Part shown: piece by piece, positions 63,391 through 64,000 of the stretch
How the letters are laid out: the number at the start of each line of letters is the position of its first letter
How positions within the stretch are numbered: position 1 is the first letter of the stretch
Origin: Callorhinchus milii
Lineage: Eukaryota
Assembly: GCF_018977255.1 (NCBI RefSeq)
Contig: NW_024704742.1
Location: forward strand, 105,340,001 to 105,404,000
Length of the DNA stretch: 64,000 nucleotides
Direction of reading: 5' to 3'
Translations under genes and position numbers: made by a program
Notes under the pieces: model-generated
Databases searched by the model: none
Told to the model about the DNA's origin: nothing
The model's input: only the letters and a program-made list of their open reading frames with translations

Positions 63391-63654
63391 TTCCCCTGCT
63401 CCCCACGTTTTTTTTATTTTGGAAGCATTGATTGCTCATCCCTTGTTGCCCTGATTTGATCTCAAAAGAGATTGCGATGAAGCCCTTTAGCCTTTTTGGC
63501 ACAAACCTTTCATAACACTTGCTCTACCCCAGCTGCTTTTTTATAACAACTTTTTGTTTATAATTCAGTGGCTTTTAAGGGCCATTTCAGGCAGGAATTT
63601 AAGTCAATCATTAAGTGTGGGCCAGGTTGGGTAAGGATGTCAGGTTTCCTTCCC

Positions 63655-63787
63655 CTTCGTCAGAACGTGGACCCGAAACTTTGACTCACTTTCCTTTCTC
63701 CATAGATGCTGCCTGACCTGCTGAGTGTTCTCAGCGACTTCTGTTTTTGTTTCAGATTTCCAGCATCTGCAGTAGTTTGTATTTTGT
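63655..63787 (+). mobile_element. Penelope-like terminal-repeat fragment
   Basis: gacccgaaactttgactc...tctccatagatgctgcctgacctgctgagtgtt...tttcagatttccagcatctgcagt resembles an abundant chondrichthyan repeat that I recall as Penelope-derived. Confidence 0.55.
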
Positions 63788-64000
63788 TTTTTTAATGAAA
63801 GTCTGGCAGGTTTGTGGCTTTTTTTTTAACTGATCCTAGCTCAAATCTTTGGTTTGTCTGTAATTCTATCCATCATTTGAATAGCTTGAATGTCCAGGCT
63901 CACAGCTGAAGAATGCGAGTAAGTGATTGCTACAATATTCTCTAGGGTCAGAGAGTCACTGCCTTGGCAGCTGCACGATTTGCTATTGCAGACAAGAAAG

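Noticed and set aside
1..64000. A novel multi-gene or RT-associated biological system
   Set aside because: All RT-like sequence belongs to truncated, ordinary L2/CR1 retroposons; no intact accessory genes or array structures were seen.

Overview
This is vertebrate intronic DNA. The L2/CR1/tRNA-SINE/DeuSINE repeat mix points to a cartilaginous fish, plausibly a holocephalan such as Callorhinchus (inference from repeat families, not a database match). The only host coding sequence I can support is one 108-nt, phase 0-0 exon of FBXL17 (+, 50715-50822; VTDKSVKAFAEHCPQLQYVGFMGCSVTSQGVIHLTR) with canonical AG/GT splice sites. The rest appears to be the two flanking introns, and I recognised no neighbouring exon. 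These introns hold 5'-truncated L2 LINEs with (TTG)n tails, CR1 LINE 3' fragments, two tRNA-derived SINE families with an L2-like 3' tail, degraded AmnSINE2-like and LF-SINE-like elements, Penelope-like fragments, simple repeats and TE-free stretches that may be conserved non-coding elements. Nearly all long ORFs in the track are LINE fragments, their alternative frames, or simple-repeat artefacts. I found no new protein-coding system. The most interesting signals are: a young L2 subfamily sharing a 2-nt ORF2 frameshift and a variable-copy 45/46-bp 3'UTR repeat; a covarying LINE/SINE 3' stem-loop; a SINE-derived fold-back hairpin; inverted young L2 copies flanking the exon; several nested insertions; and two local non-TE duplications. 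Repeat family names come from recalled consensus features and need RepeatMasker/Dfam confirmation. Repeat boundaries are approximate.
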